Positions 46,760-54,640 of a DNA stretch of 64,000 nucleotides are shown in pieces. Under the pieces are notes generated by a model, which saw only the letters and a program-made list of their open reading frames with translations, was not told where the DNA came from and did not search any database. Both the position numbers and the translations under genes were made by a program. How positions within the stretch are numbered: the first letter of the stretch is position 1; each line of letters starts with the position of its first letter. Source of the DNA: a virus (Duplodnaviria > Caudoviricetes). The stretch spans positions 136,844 through 200,843 of the IMG/VR virus record IMGVR_UViG_3300024255_001563, one strand, 5' to 3'.

Positions 46760-47741
46760 TATCATACCTCGCTTGTAATGGTGGTGCATAATATTGCGCC
46801 TGGTCAGCAACACGTTGCATATCCCACTTAGCACAAAACTTCATAAGACGCATACCTACTTGTGTAATGTCTTTAGGTTCTACGTTTGCAATAGTTGTAT
46901 CAATAATCTCTCTAATGTCTGCAGGTTGTGCAGTCAAGTCACACAATACAACATTGCGATTGTAATCATCTAGTACACGATGTTCTACACCTTCATGATC
47001 AGTCCAGCGTTGTAGCATCATGTTATTCCAGTTGTAGCCTTTTGTACTCTTGTCTTCGTATGCTTCAATAAGACCTACTTTGTTCTTAGTGCCTTTCTTA
47101 CGTACACCAGGGTAAGCACTAAACACGTTGTCACTTGTGTCGCCACGCATACACTTCTCAAACAACATAAAGTCAGGCTGCGGTGCAGGCTTTGCTTCTT
47201 TAGTCTTCTTGTCAATAACAGGCTCTAACTTCTTGTCGTCAAAGTAACCTTCATGTGTAATAATAGTATTACTTACACCATTGTATTGCTTTACATTAGG
47301 TGCAATAAGTTGTGCAAAGTCACCGTCAGTACTAATAATAACATGCTCGTCATTAGGGTGTGCTTGCACCCAGCCAGCAATAAGATCATCTGCTTCTAGT
47401 TGCTTGTGTTGAATAACAGTGCAGTTAGTCTTGTCTGTCATAAAGTTCTTAAACTCATCAAAGATTTCCCAAAACGCTGTATCTTCTTCACTCTCAGTTA
47501 CAGTCATTTTATCACGAGCAACTTTTCTATTACGCTTGTAAGGTTCGTAATAGTCCTTGCGCCAGCTACGACCTTCTAAGCAGATCACAACATGCGAACC
47601 GTCAAAGTCTTGCCAAGCCTTCTTAATGCTGTTAAGAGTAATGTGTAGTGCCATACCTACTTTAGTGTCAATGTCGCCACGTACAACGTGCCGAGCTCTA
47701 AAGAAAGTGTTTGCTGTGTCTACAAGAATGTAAGTAGCCAT
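46749..47741 (-). CDS. rnh: T4 RNase H-like 5'-3' exonuclease (FEN/PIN fold)
   Basis: ILVDTAN, LEGRSWRK..Y..YK.NR, LEADD, ISTDGDF.QL, GDTSDNV. Start placed at MATYILVD. Confidence 0.88.
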   Translation of the reverse strand: MATYILVDTANTFFRARHVVRGDIDTKVGMALHITLNSIKKAWQDFDGSHVVICLEGRSWRKDYYEPYKRNRKVARDKMTVTESEEDTAFWEIFDEFKNFMTDKTNCTVIQHKQLEADDLIAGWVQAHPNDEHVIISTDGDFAQLIAPNVKQYNGVSNTIITHEGYFDDKKLEPVIDKKTKEAKPAPQPDFMLFEKCMRGDTSDNVFSAYPGVRKKGTKNKVGLIEAYEDKSTKGYNWNNMMLQRWTDHEGVEHRVLDDYNRNVVLCDLTAQPADIREIIDTTIANVEPKDITQVGMRLMKFCAKWDMQRVADQAQYYAPPLQARYDNGI

Positions 47742-47742
47742 A

Positions 47743-47829
47743 TTATGAACACCCTGATACACATAATGAGAAGATGTCGCCATTCTGTACGAATGCAACA
47801 AGTATTGTAATGCCTAAAATTTCTAACAT
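47743..47829 (-). CDS. 28-aa hydrophobic small protein, not in the ORF track
   Basis: MLEILGITILVAFVQNGDIFSLCVSGCS; first ORF after a consensus promoter; its stop abuts the rnh start. Confidence 0.5.
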   Translation of the reverse strand: MLEILGITILVAFVQNGDIFSLCVSGCS

Positions 47830-47858
47830 AGTTCTGCCTTTATATAATTTATAGTACT

Positions 47859-47887
47859 ATTGTAACACCAGATCTGGCTGTTGTCAA
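47859..47887 (-). promoter_or_regulatory. Sigma70 promoter with extended -10
   Basis: TTGACA (47887-47882), 17 nt spacer ending TGT, TACAAT (47864-47859). Confidence 0.75.
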
Positions 47888-48283
47888 TCATCCTATTGAA
47901 CTTTTTCCTTTGTCGATTGGTACTACATTGACATAGCCCATTTCTCTATCAGTCGATTGTCCTTCTTCATCTAACATCTGCATTACAATAGTTCTAAACC
48001 ATGCATCAACAATTTGTTCATTAGACTCACCTTTGTACCCAACATCAAGTAATTGTTCGATAAATTCGTTGTTCCAATCGAGCTCAAAGAATCCGTTACG
48101 AATGTTTTCAGGATTAATTTGTGTGTCGAGTACAGCAACCCACGGTTCGCCTGCTTTAGTAGCAGCTTGTTTTTCTGCTTCTAACGCTTCTCGACGTAAG
48201 TCTTCTGAAGTTTTTTCAACTTCAGACTCTTCAATTTTCTTTTTATCACCTGCGTCTCTTGCCAGTTTATTCCACCAACCCAT
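47888..48283 (-). CDS. Hypothetical protein
   Basis: 131 aa; GEPWVAV..NG.FELDWN..F motif; TAATG-coupled. Confidence 0.75.
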   Translation of the reverse strand: MGWWNKLARDAGDKKKIEESEVEKTSEDLRREALEAEKQAATKAGEPWVAVLDTQINPENIRNGFFELDWNNEFIEQLLDVGYKGESNEQIVDAWFRTIVMQMLDEEGQSTDREMGYVNVVPIDKGKSSIG

Positions 48284-48390
48284 TATATTAATCCTTTTTC
48301 TCTAAGTTCTGCATCTAAGTTTTTACGTATTGGAGCCTTCATTGCTTTATCAAGTTTTTCTTGTTGCACTTGATCAAGTGCCCCATGCAT
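48283..48390 (-). CDS. 35-aa small ORF overlapping the end of queE
   Basis: MHGALDQVQQEKLDKAMKAPIRKNLDAELREKGLI; fills the gap and ends in a TAATG junction with the next gene. Confidence 0.4.
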   Translation of the reverse strand: MHGALDQVQQEKLDKAMKAPIRKNLDAELREKGLI

Positions 48391-49333
48391 TTCCGAATAA
48401 GGATATGTGGAGTCTGGGCGTGAATCGCCATCCTTTTTCCATACAGACCTGCGCAACCTCTTGAACGTTGAGGACATACTCTTCCGAGCGTCCCCCAAGC
48501 GGCATACAATATACTGGACACTCAACGCCGACATCACGATATGCTTGCACAGCTCTGCCAGCTTCTTCAATATCTGCACGATCAGCAACAACAAATTTAA
48601 GATAAACATCACTGCCAGCAACAGTGGAATAATTAAGAGCGACACTAGGACGTATAGCGTCCTCCCAAGATTCTCCGCTAACGGATAGCTTTGGCGAACA
48701 CGACCATGTGACTGTAATTCTGTCGCTATCGTTGAGATAGTTGTATAAGTCGTCGTGTAGAACTTGTGTAGTGTTTGTTTCAAATGTGACATTTTTTAAA
48801 TCCTTCATGCGGGGATGTTCGAACAGCTCTACGTAAAGACGTTGCCACGCTAACAACGGTTCACCACCTGTCATAATAAGATGGATATCTTGACCGTTAT
48901 CCATTGTCCACTTACCTTCTGGAGTAAGCGATAGCAAATGTTCAACTACTTCGTCAACTTCTGCAAGTTTGTTAAAGTCTTTAAACTCGGGATAGATACT
49001 TGCATAAGTGTCACACCCTGTATGAATGATAGGCAAGTCTGTAAACTTTTCAGTCTTTTCAACAATGCCATCATCTAGTAAGTCTTTTACTTCTTGATTG
49101 TATCGTTGTCCTGCTTCATGCTTCTCTGCACGACTAGGTTCGTCTTTCCCAAGTCCAAAGTTCATACAACGAAAGTTACAACCGAATGTGCGTAGGAATA
49201 CACTAGGTACTCCTACAAACTTACCTTCGCCTTGTACTGAATAAAATGCTTCTGAATATCTAAGTTTCATAGCTGGCTTTCTGTTAACTGCTTCATAAGA
49301 GGGATAACCTTTTTCAAATACTGGTGCTATCAT
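48374..49333 (-). CDS. queE: 7-carboxy-7-deazaguanine synthase (radical SAM)
   Basis: FYSVQGEG..G.PSVFLR..GCNFRC...CDT, TGGEPL, FETN, SPKL, RFTPRLH. Start probably ATG 49333. Confidence 0.9.
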   Translation of the reverse strand: MIAPVFEKGYPSYEAVNRKPAMKLRYSEAFYSVQGEGKFVGVPSVFLRTFGCNFRCMNFGLGKDEPSRAEKHEAGQRYNQEVKDLLDDGIVEKTEKFTDLPIIHTGCDTYASIYPEFKDFNKLAEVDEVVEHLLSLTPEGKWTMDNGQDIHLIMTGGEPLLAWQRLYVELFEHPRMKDLKNVTFETNTTQVLHDDLYNYLNDSDRITVTWSCSPKLSVSGESWEDAIRPSVALNYSTVAGSDVYLKFVVADRADIEEAGRAVQAYRDVGVECPVYCMPLGGRSEEYVLNVQEVAQVCMEKGWRFTPRLHISLFGNAWGT

Positions 49334-49464
49334 TTGTTTAGCATCCTTGCACAAGTTAGGAATGAATTCTCTTCAAGGCAATCAGTCCATATATGATTTA
49401 AATAAAATCCTATGCCTACAATAAAAATAACTGCGGCAGCACCGTAAATTAATTTCTCAATCAT
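49330..49464 (-). CDS. 44-aa small membrane protein, not in the ORF track
   Basis: MIEKLIYGAAAVIFIVGIGFYLNHIWTDCLEENSFLTCARMLNK; TAATG and ATGA coupling to folE and queE. Confidence 0.6.
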   Translation of the reverse strand: MIEKLIYGAAAVIFIVGIGFYLNHIWTDCLEENSFLTCARMLNK

Positions 49465-50147
49465 TAGCAACTAAACTCCTGTTGTAGTTTAATGTTATCA
49501 AAGAACTCTTTCTTTGTACCTGCGTCATCTTTAAATGCACCACGTAGTACTGTAGTTTGTGTTAAACTACTGTGTGCCATAATGCCACGATTCTCACAAC
49601 AACCATGTGTTGCTTGAATATAAACACCTAAATGTTCTGCATCAGTTGCCGCCTGAATCTCTCTAGCAATATCATTTGCAAGTTCTTCTTGTAGTGTTCC
49701 ACGTCTAGCACACCATTGTGCAATACGTGTGTACTTGCTTAGACCAATTAATTTGTCTGCGGCAATAATACCAATGTATGCAATACCTGCTACTGGCTGG
49801 TGATGATGCGAACACATACTCTTTAGTTCCGAACGCACTACTAACATACCTTCATAACGATCATCGCTGTCGTTTGGAAATGCTGTTGCAGTTGGAGCAG
49901 GGTCATAACGTCCTGCCATAATTTCATTGTAGTACATTTTAGCAAGACGTTTTGCTGTACCTTTAGAGTTAGGATCTTGATATCTATCAATTACAAGTGC
50001 ATCTAGTACACTTTCAAATGCTGTAGTTGCTTCGTCGATAAGTGCTTCTTTGTCACCTTCTTGCAATACTGCACTAATATTGTCGCCAGCCCAGTAACGA
50101 CTCTTTGCCTGTACTAGGCGGGCTTTAATTTCTTCACTTTTACTCAT
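49464..50147 (-). CDS. folE: GTP cyclohydrolase I
   Basis: SMCSHH, IGLSKYTRI..ARR..LQE, HGCCENRG, TTVLRGAF. Confidence 0.95.
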   Translation of the reverse strand: MSKSEEIKARLVQAKSRYWAGDNISAVLQEGDKEALIDEATTAFESVLDALVIDRYQDPNSKGTAKRLAKMYYNEIMAGRYDPAPTATAFPNDSDDRYEGMLVVRSELKSMCSHHHQPVAGIAYIGIIAADKLIGLSKYTRIAQWCARRGTLQEELANDIAREIQAATDAEHLGVYIQATHGCCENRGIMAHSSLTQTTVLRGAFKDDAGTKKEFFDNIKLQQEFSC

Positions 50148-50153
50148 GTGTTT

Positions 50154-50181
50154 CTCCGATGTTTAGGCAGTGGATTGCCGG
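50154..50181 (-). promoter_or_regulatory. Candidate cis-regulatory RNA in the folE leader
   Basis: GGCA-AUCCAC-UGCC hairpin followed by UAAACAUCGGAG; loop UCC is complementary to the SD GGA. Confidence 0.3.
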
Positions 50182-50209
50182 TAGTAATACAATGCACAAT
50201 ATAACTTAT

Positions 50210-50238
50210 ATTATACATTGTATTTAGGTTTTTGTCAA
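50210..50238 (-). promoter_or_regulatory. Consensus sigma70 promoter with an embedded TAAATA
   Basis: TTGACA (50238-50233), 17 nt spacer containing TAAATA (50226-50221), TATAAT (50215-50210). Confidence 0.85.
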
Positions 50239-50444
50239 GCACTAAAATATTTTGTTAACATTTCCATGCGATCGTTAGCAGCAGCCATTTTATCAAGTTC
50301 TTCTTGAATAGCTTCTACAATGTCACTGTGTTCACCAATACCTGTGGCATTGTTCATGTATACCATGATGTTAGTCTTTGCTCTTTCGAGCTCTCCTTCG
50401 GCATGCATACGTGCGGCTTTTACTAATTGTTCTTTCAAAATCAT
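50235..50444 (-). CDS. Small hypothetical protein
   Basis: 69 aa, GGA RBS. Confidence 0.7.
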   Translation of the reverse strand: MILKEQLVKAARMHAEGELERAKTNIMVYMNNATGIGEHSDIVEAIQEELDKMAAANDRMEMLTKYFSA

Positions 50445-50463
50445 TTCCTTTCCTTTATATGAT

Positions 50464-51015
50464 TTAATATTCAGCTACGTTTTCCCAAGGGTAAACTAGC
50501 CAAACATCTTCTTCTGTTTTGTTAATTTCGTGACAAGTGTAACGTACATTGTCAAACTCACTTGCATCGTTGTTTGTTAGAGTAGCAAATCGAACATTGT
50601 TAGCCCAAACACTTGCCCAAGCATTGTCTTCTTGTGGTAAGCAACTTGATTCCCAATCTTGTTTAATCCAGTTAAACGTAGCACCAGTATCGTTAATATC
50701 ATCTACAACAAGAATGTTTTTACGTTTTTTATTATCCCAACGACAGGTTTCTTGTTCTTCTAGTGGAACATATCCAAACGCATCTTCTGACATCCACAAG
50801 TTACTTTCAGGACCCATTTCGTCATCACGTAAACTTACTTTAAGTGCTTCGCAACGAATGCCAGTCATATTACTAATAATAGTAGCAGGTACATTGCCAC
50901 CGCGTGTAAGACCTACAATGTAATCAGGACGCCAGTTGTCAGTGTACATTTGATTAACAATGCTTACGCACATGCGTTCAACATCAGTCCAGCTGTAATA
51001 ATGTTTCTTAATCAT
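50464..51015 (-). CDS. Type I phosphoribosyltransferase (purine PRT-like)
   Basis: IVGLTRGG, PRPP loop ILVVDDINDTGAT, C-terminal WLVYPWE. Confidence 0.85.
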   Translation of the reverse strand: MIKKHYYSWTDVERMCVSIVNQMYTDNWRPDYIVGLTRGGNVPATIISNMTGIRCEALKVSLRDDEMGPESNLWMSEDAFGYVPLEEQETCRWDNKKRKNILVVDDINDTGATFNWIKQDWESSCLPQEDNAWASVWANNVRFATLTNNDASEFDNVRYTCHEINKTEEDVWLVYPWENVAEY

Positions 51016-51200
51016 TTGCCTTCCTTTGAAGATTTTTCTGCTTTAGATAGTTTGTTGTTCCAGGTGTTGTTACTAATGCCTAGTTCGCTTGGCATAGGCT
51101 TTGTTTTGCCTTTAGTAATTTCACCGCCCTTAGCAAGGAACTCTGCCTTCATGCGTTCTAGTTCTTCGTCTTTGGGTTTTGCATCGTGGTTCATGCTCAT
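51012..51200 (-). CDS. Small hypothetical protein
   Basis: 62 aa; EFLAKGGEITK motif; ATGA-coupled. Confidence 0.65.
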   Translation of the reverse strand: MSMNHDAKPKDEELERMKAEFLAKGGEITKGKTKPMPSELGISNNTWNNKLSKAEKSSKEGK

Positions 51201-51218
51201 AGGTAGATTCCTTTATTG

Positions 51219-51611
51219 TTAGAATGGGAAGTCGTTATCAAGCTCCCCTGCTTTTCGTTTGCCTTCATAATCTTGTTTAACCATATCGTATACGCTTTTA
51301 AAGTTGCGCCATACTTTAGACAGCGCTGGATATTCTTTGCACATATTGTCAACTTCTTCTGGGTCAATCATATTATCTAAAACATTAGTATAAGGATATG
51401 TGCTGTTGTTATCTATAGTAATAGTTGAAGACGAAGTGTCTGTGCCACTAATAGTAATATCACTAAGACTAAGTCCACCATCGGTAATGCTATACGTACC
51501 TGTATTACTGCTAATACTATCTAAGTTAATAGTAATATCATCGTCGAGACTAATAGTAAATGTTTCGTTTTCATTCGCCATCTGCAATCGCCTCATATAA
51601 TGCTGCACCAC
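51219..51611 (-). CDS. Hypothetical protein
   Basis: S/T/D-rich N-terminus, C-terminal CKEYPAL..W..FKSVY. Confidence 0.65.
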   Translation of the reverse strand: MVQHYMRRLQMANENETFTISLDDDITINLDSISSNTGTYSITDGGLSLSDITISGTDTSSSTITIDNNSTYPYTNVLDNMIDPEEVDNMCKEYPALSKVWRNFKSVYDMVKQDYEGKRKAGELDNDFPF

Positions 51612-52632
51612 TAAAGAATTCTTTGTTAAGTTTTGTACGTTGCTTTTCTAAACTTACTTGTAAGTCATCAAAGTTTTCCATGTAGTTTACAATTTGTGCA
51701 ACTACTTTATCTCTGTTGTGTAAATATGCATCAAAGTTCTCAGTCCATTCACTTGGATATTTAAACTCAGGCAGTGCCATTTCACCGTAGCTGAGTCTGT
51801 CTGGCACCATAGGAATAGCATCTACTAGAGCACCTTCATACCAACTAATACCTAGTGTTTCTTGTAGGTTAGCACTAAACACAAGTTTAGCTTCACCTAG
51901 TAAGTTATGGTATTCGTTCTTGCTTAATTCCTGTTCTTGGCACACAACAAATTCATATTGTGGTAAACGTTCTTTAAGATCTCTAAAGATATCAACTTGT
52001 TTCTCAGGAGCAACACGATGTGGAAACAAGATCAAATCTCGCTTTTCCATACCCTTGTAGCTAGTTAAACTGTCCTTTAGATATTCCATAGGCCAGCCCA
52101 CACGTTTAATTTTGTCCCAATCAATTACGTAGTCTTCGTCGAATACATCAGTAAACATATCAATATGGAAGTCACTTGCAAAGAAGTTATCATCATAACA
52201 TTCAAACATTGCCATTTCAGCATGTCTTACCCAAGGCTTATCACCTATAAGTCTTCCTAAAAAATCTTGCGGATCATAACTACCTGCATGCCACAAACCA
52301 CCAATGCTAATGTCAACACCCAGTAATTCTGCCATATAGCGTAGTTGAATAACTGTAGGGTTCCAGGCATCGGTATAGAGAAAATAGTCACCGTCTTTAA
52401 CAGTTCCATTGCAGAACATTTCTCCTATCTGTTCGAGTTGTTTTGATTTGTACACATTTGTACCACCAAAGTTAAGGAAAGCCCCAGGCGTTGTAGCCTG
52501 AGGCGTTTCCCCACCGCTAATAACTACAACATCTTCATTTGTAGCTCGTCGCAGTTGCTTTGGAAGATATTCCTTCCATTGCTTAGTATAGCGTGTATCT
52601 ACTGCTTCAATGTCTACAATATGAATAGTCAT
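51571..52632 (-). CDS. GT-B fold glycosyltransferase (GT4-like), candidate DNA-base glycosyltransferase
   Basis: C-domain ILFPHRVAPEKQ and QETLGISWYEG..AIPMV match GT4 motifs; N-domain LNFGG..YFLYTD. Confidence 0.75.
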   Translation of the reverse strand: MTIHIVDIEAVDTRYTKQWKEYLPKQLRRATNEDVVVISGGETPQATTPGAFLNFGGTNVYKSKQLEQIGEMFCNGTVKDGDYFLYTDAWNPTVIQLRYMAELLGVDISIGGLWHAGSYDPQDFLGRLIGDKPWVRHAEMAMFECYDDNFFASDFHIDMFTDVFDEDYVIDWDKIKRVGWPMEYLKDSLTSYKGMEKRDLILFPHRVAPEKQVDIFRDLKERLPQYEFVVCQEQELSKNEYHNLLGEAKLVFSANLQETLGISWYEGALVDAIPMVPDRLSYGEMALPEFKYPSEWTENFDAYLHNRDKVVAQIVNYMENFDDLQVSLEKQRTKLNKEFFSGAALYEAIADGE

Positions 52633-52637
52633 AATTA

Positions 52638-52862
52638 TTATCCTTTGTTGTACTGCTTGCGAGGACGTTGTACAAAGTCTCGCCCGCCGTTACGGGCCTT
52701 TGCTCGTAGCCAACCTTGATACTTTTGATAGGCAATCCAAATCGGTGCATCCTTTTTATACAAGTCTGCCTCGTTAAATACTTTACCTTCAAAGCGACAA
52801 TAGTCACGGTATTGATCAAGATCGTTAAACACTTTATTCACTGCTGGATTAGCAATTGTCAT
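52638..52862 (-). CDS. Small hypothetical protein
   Basis: 74 aa, GAGGA RBS. Confidence 0.7.
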   Translation of the reverse strand: MTIANPAVNKVFNDLDQYRDYCRFEGKVFNEADLYKKDAPIWIAYQKYQGWLRAKARNGGRDFVQRPRKQYNKG

Positions 52863-52877
52863 AATATATTCCTCTTG

Positions 52878-53348
52878 TTATGACTTGGGATAAAAAATAG
52901 AACAGCCATTTTCATTGTCTTCAGCTACGCTGATCTCTACAAAGCGGCCAGGGTACTTTGTAGCGATTTCTTCATACAAGTCATCTGCGATCATTTCGCA
53001 GCTCTTGTGATCCAGCTGTAGTACAGATGTAGAGCTATCTACTTCAGCGTACAACCGTTCCATCCAGCGTTTAAACTGAATGAATTCAATATCGCGATCG
53101 TTGTGAAACACTTCGATGCGAACTTTAAAGTGGAAGATATGACGATGCGGAATGCCTAAGAATGATACATCATCCCAATCGCCGGTTGCTAGTTTAGGAT
53201 CAGTATCTGCGCCTGGGTACATATGTACCCCCTCTTTATTAAAGGTTACCCAAATACTGCGTTCTGCTTTGTTTAGCATGTTTGCTTGTGACATTTTGTC
53301 TTCTTCTCTCATTCTACGTAACATGTACTCATAATAGCGTTCTTGCAT
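52878..53348 (-). CDS. queD: QueD/PTPS-like T-fold protein (6-carboxytetrahydropterin synthase-like)
   Basis: HRHIFHFKVRIEV, SCEMIA, VAEDNENG; lies in a folE/queE context. Confidence 0.65.
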   Translation of the reverse strand: MQERYYEYMLRRMREEDKMSQANMLNKAERSIWVTFNKEGVHMYPGADTDPKLATGDWDDVSFLGIPHRHIFHFKVRIEVFHNDRDIEFIQFKRWMERLYAEVDSSTSVLQLDHKSCEMIADDLYEEIATKYPGRFVEISVAEDNENGCSIFYPKS

Positions 53349-53355
53349 TGTATTA

Positions 53356-53384
53356 AGTATACTTTCACTTTAGAACTTTGTCAA
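53356..53384 (-). promoter_or_regulatory. Sigma70 promoter
   Basis: TTGACA (53384-53379), 17 nt spacer, TATACT (53361-53356). Confidence 0.8.
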
Positions 53385-53886
53385 GGCCATATTTGCTCCA
53401 GTCCGTAAATTTATTACGGTCCATCAAGTCATGCAGGCTATGGCACCAAACGCCTGGATTACTTGCTTTAAAATCTTTGTCGTCGATTTTAATCATTGTA
53501 TTATAATTCCATTGTGCAACATACGGAACTACAACACGAAGTTGCGGAATAAAGTTATCACTTTCAACAAGTCCACCGTCTAAAAACCATTCAAGGTTAA
53601 TAGTGCTTGGAATGTCTAAACTACAAAGGATACCTTGATCCGTAAACGCACGAATCATTAGATCCCAATCTTCAAACTCATCTGCTGACACAGGATGATA
53701 ACTGTGATTAGCACCAAAGAAGATATGTTCGCATTGTTGATATGTGTAATGCATCATAATTTCATTATAGTCTTGAACACCAGTAACAAACAGTGTCTTC
53801 ATTCCAAACGCAGGAGTCTTTTCAACTTCTACGCCTGTAAAGAATATTGGAGTATCGCTTACGCCACTTTCATAATTACGTTTCAT
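53365..53886 (-). CDS. Hypothetical protein in the deazaguanine module
   Basis: 173 aa; HIFFGANHS, KIDD.DF..SNPGVWCH motif; function unrecognised. Confidence 0.75.
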   Translation of the reverse strand: MKRNYESGVSDTPIFFTGVEVEKTPAFGMKTLFVTGVQDYNEIMMHYTYQQCEHIFFGANHSYHPVSADEFEDWDLMIRAFTDQGILCSLDIPSTINLEWFLDGGLVESDNFIPQLRVVVPYVAQWNYNTMIKIDDKDFKASNPGVWCHSLHDLMDRNKFTDWSKYGLDKVLK

Positions 53887-54425
53887 TAAAATGCTCCAAA
53901 GAGATCGTTTAACTGCTTGCGTGAACTAGACATGCCAAATAAGTTTTCTGCCTTATTAAATTTTACACGCAACTTCCAACTGTTACTTTTAACTTTTTCT
54001 AATATTAAATGTTCAGACTTAGGAGCATTTGTGCCATTCGACAATTGATCTGAAAGTTCGGCTAGTTCTTCTTCAATAACATCTTGAATTGGTCCAAAGT
54101 CAATCTTTCTTACTTCTTTAAGAACGCCGCCTTCGTGAATATGAAGATTCCATTTTTTAAACTTGTCTAAAAATATGCTACCATCAGTAGCATATATGTT
54201 ATCAAATGTACTCGAAGCAACACTAATGTGTCCTTTCTTAGTTTTGTCCCAACTTTTAATTTCAAGATCTAGATCAGGAATATCATTTCCAGGACCGTAG
54301 TTAGTTTCTATACCCCGTTCATCATAGGCTCTTTGTATAGCCACTCCGTAACCACCGTCACCAAACCCGCTCGCCGGTGACACATAACCAGATTCTATTA
54401 TAGGAATTACTCGATTTACTTGCAT
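53886..54425 (-). CDS. PD-(D/E)xK restriction endonuclease-like protein, tentative
   Basis: G..IQRAY..GIETNY...IPDLDLEIKSW fits PD-Xn-E-X-K. Confidence 0.45.
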   Translation of the reverse strand: MQVNRVIPIIESGYVSPASGFGDGGYGVAIQRAYDERGIETNYGPGNDIPDLDLEIKSWDKTKKGHISVASSTFDNIYATDGSIFLDKFKKWNLHIHEGGVLKEVRKIDFGPIQDVIEEELAELSDQLSNGTNAPKSEHLILEKVKSNSWKLRVKFNKAENLFGMSSSRKQLNDLFGAF

Positions 54426-54640
54426 TATTCTAAACCTTTTTGTACCAAATATGCATTGATACGATGCATTTCATCTTTTAGATAAAGTTTCATAGTTTTC
54501 ATTCTACGAACTTCGTCTGTTATTGTCATATTATTATACTTGGTTTCGAGCTCTGTGTCAAGCTCTCTATGTTTCCGTTGTAGTTCGTTGTAGTGTGCAA
54601 GAAGTTTATCTCTTTCATCTTCATAGTTGCTCATCTTCAA
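54425..54640 (-). CDS. Small coiled-coil protein (DUF465/YdcH-like)
   Basis: L...HRELD.E....RMK..KL.LKDE pattern. Confidence 0.55.
   Translation of the reverse strand: MKMSNYEDERDKLLAHYNELQRKHRELDTELETKYNNMTITDEVRRMKTMKLYLKDEMHRINAYLVQKGLE

Noticed and set aside
48391-48792. N-terminal 134 aa of the 169-aa alternate-frame ORF 48283..48792
   Set aside because: It overlaps the conserved queE core on the same strand; only the last 35 codons fill otherwise empty sequence.
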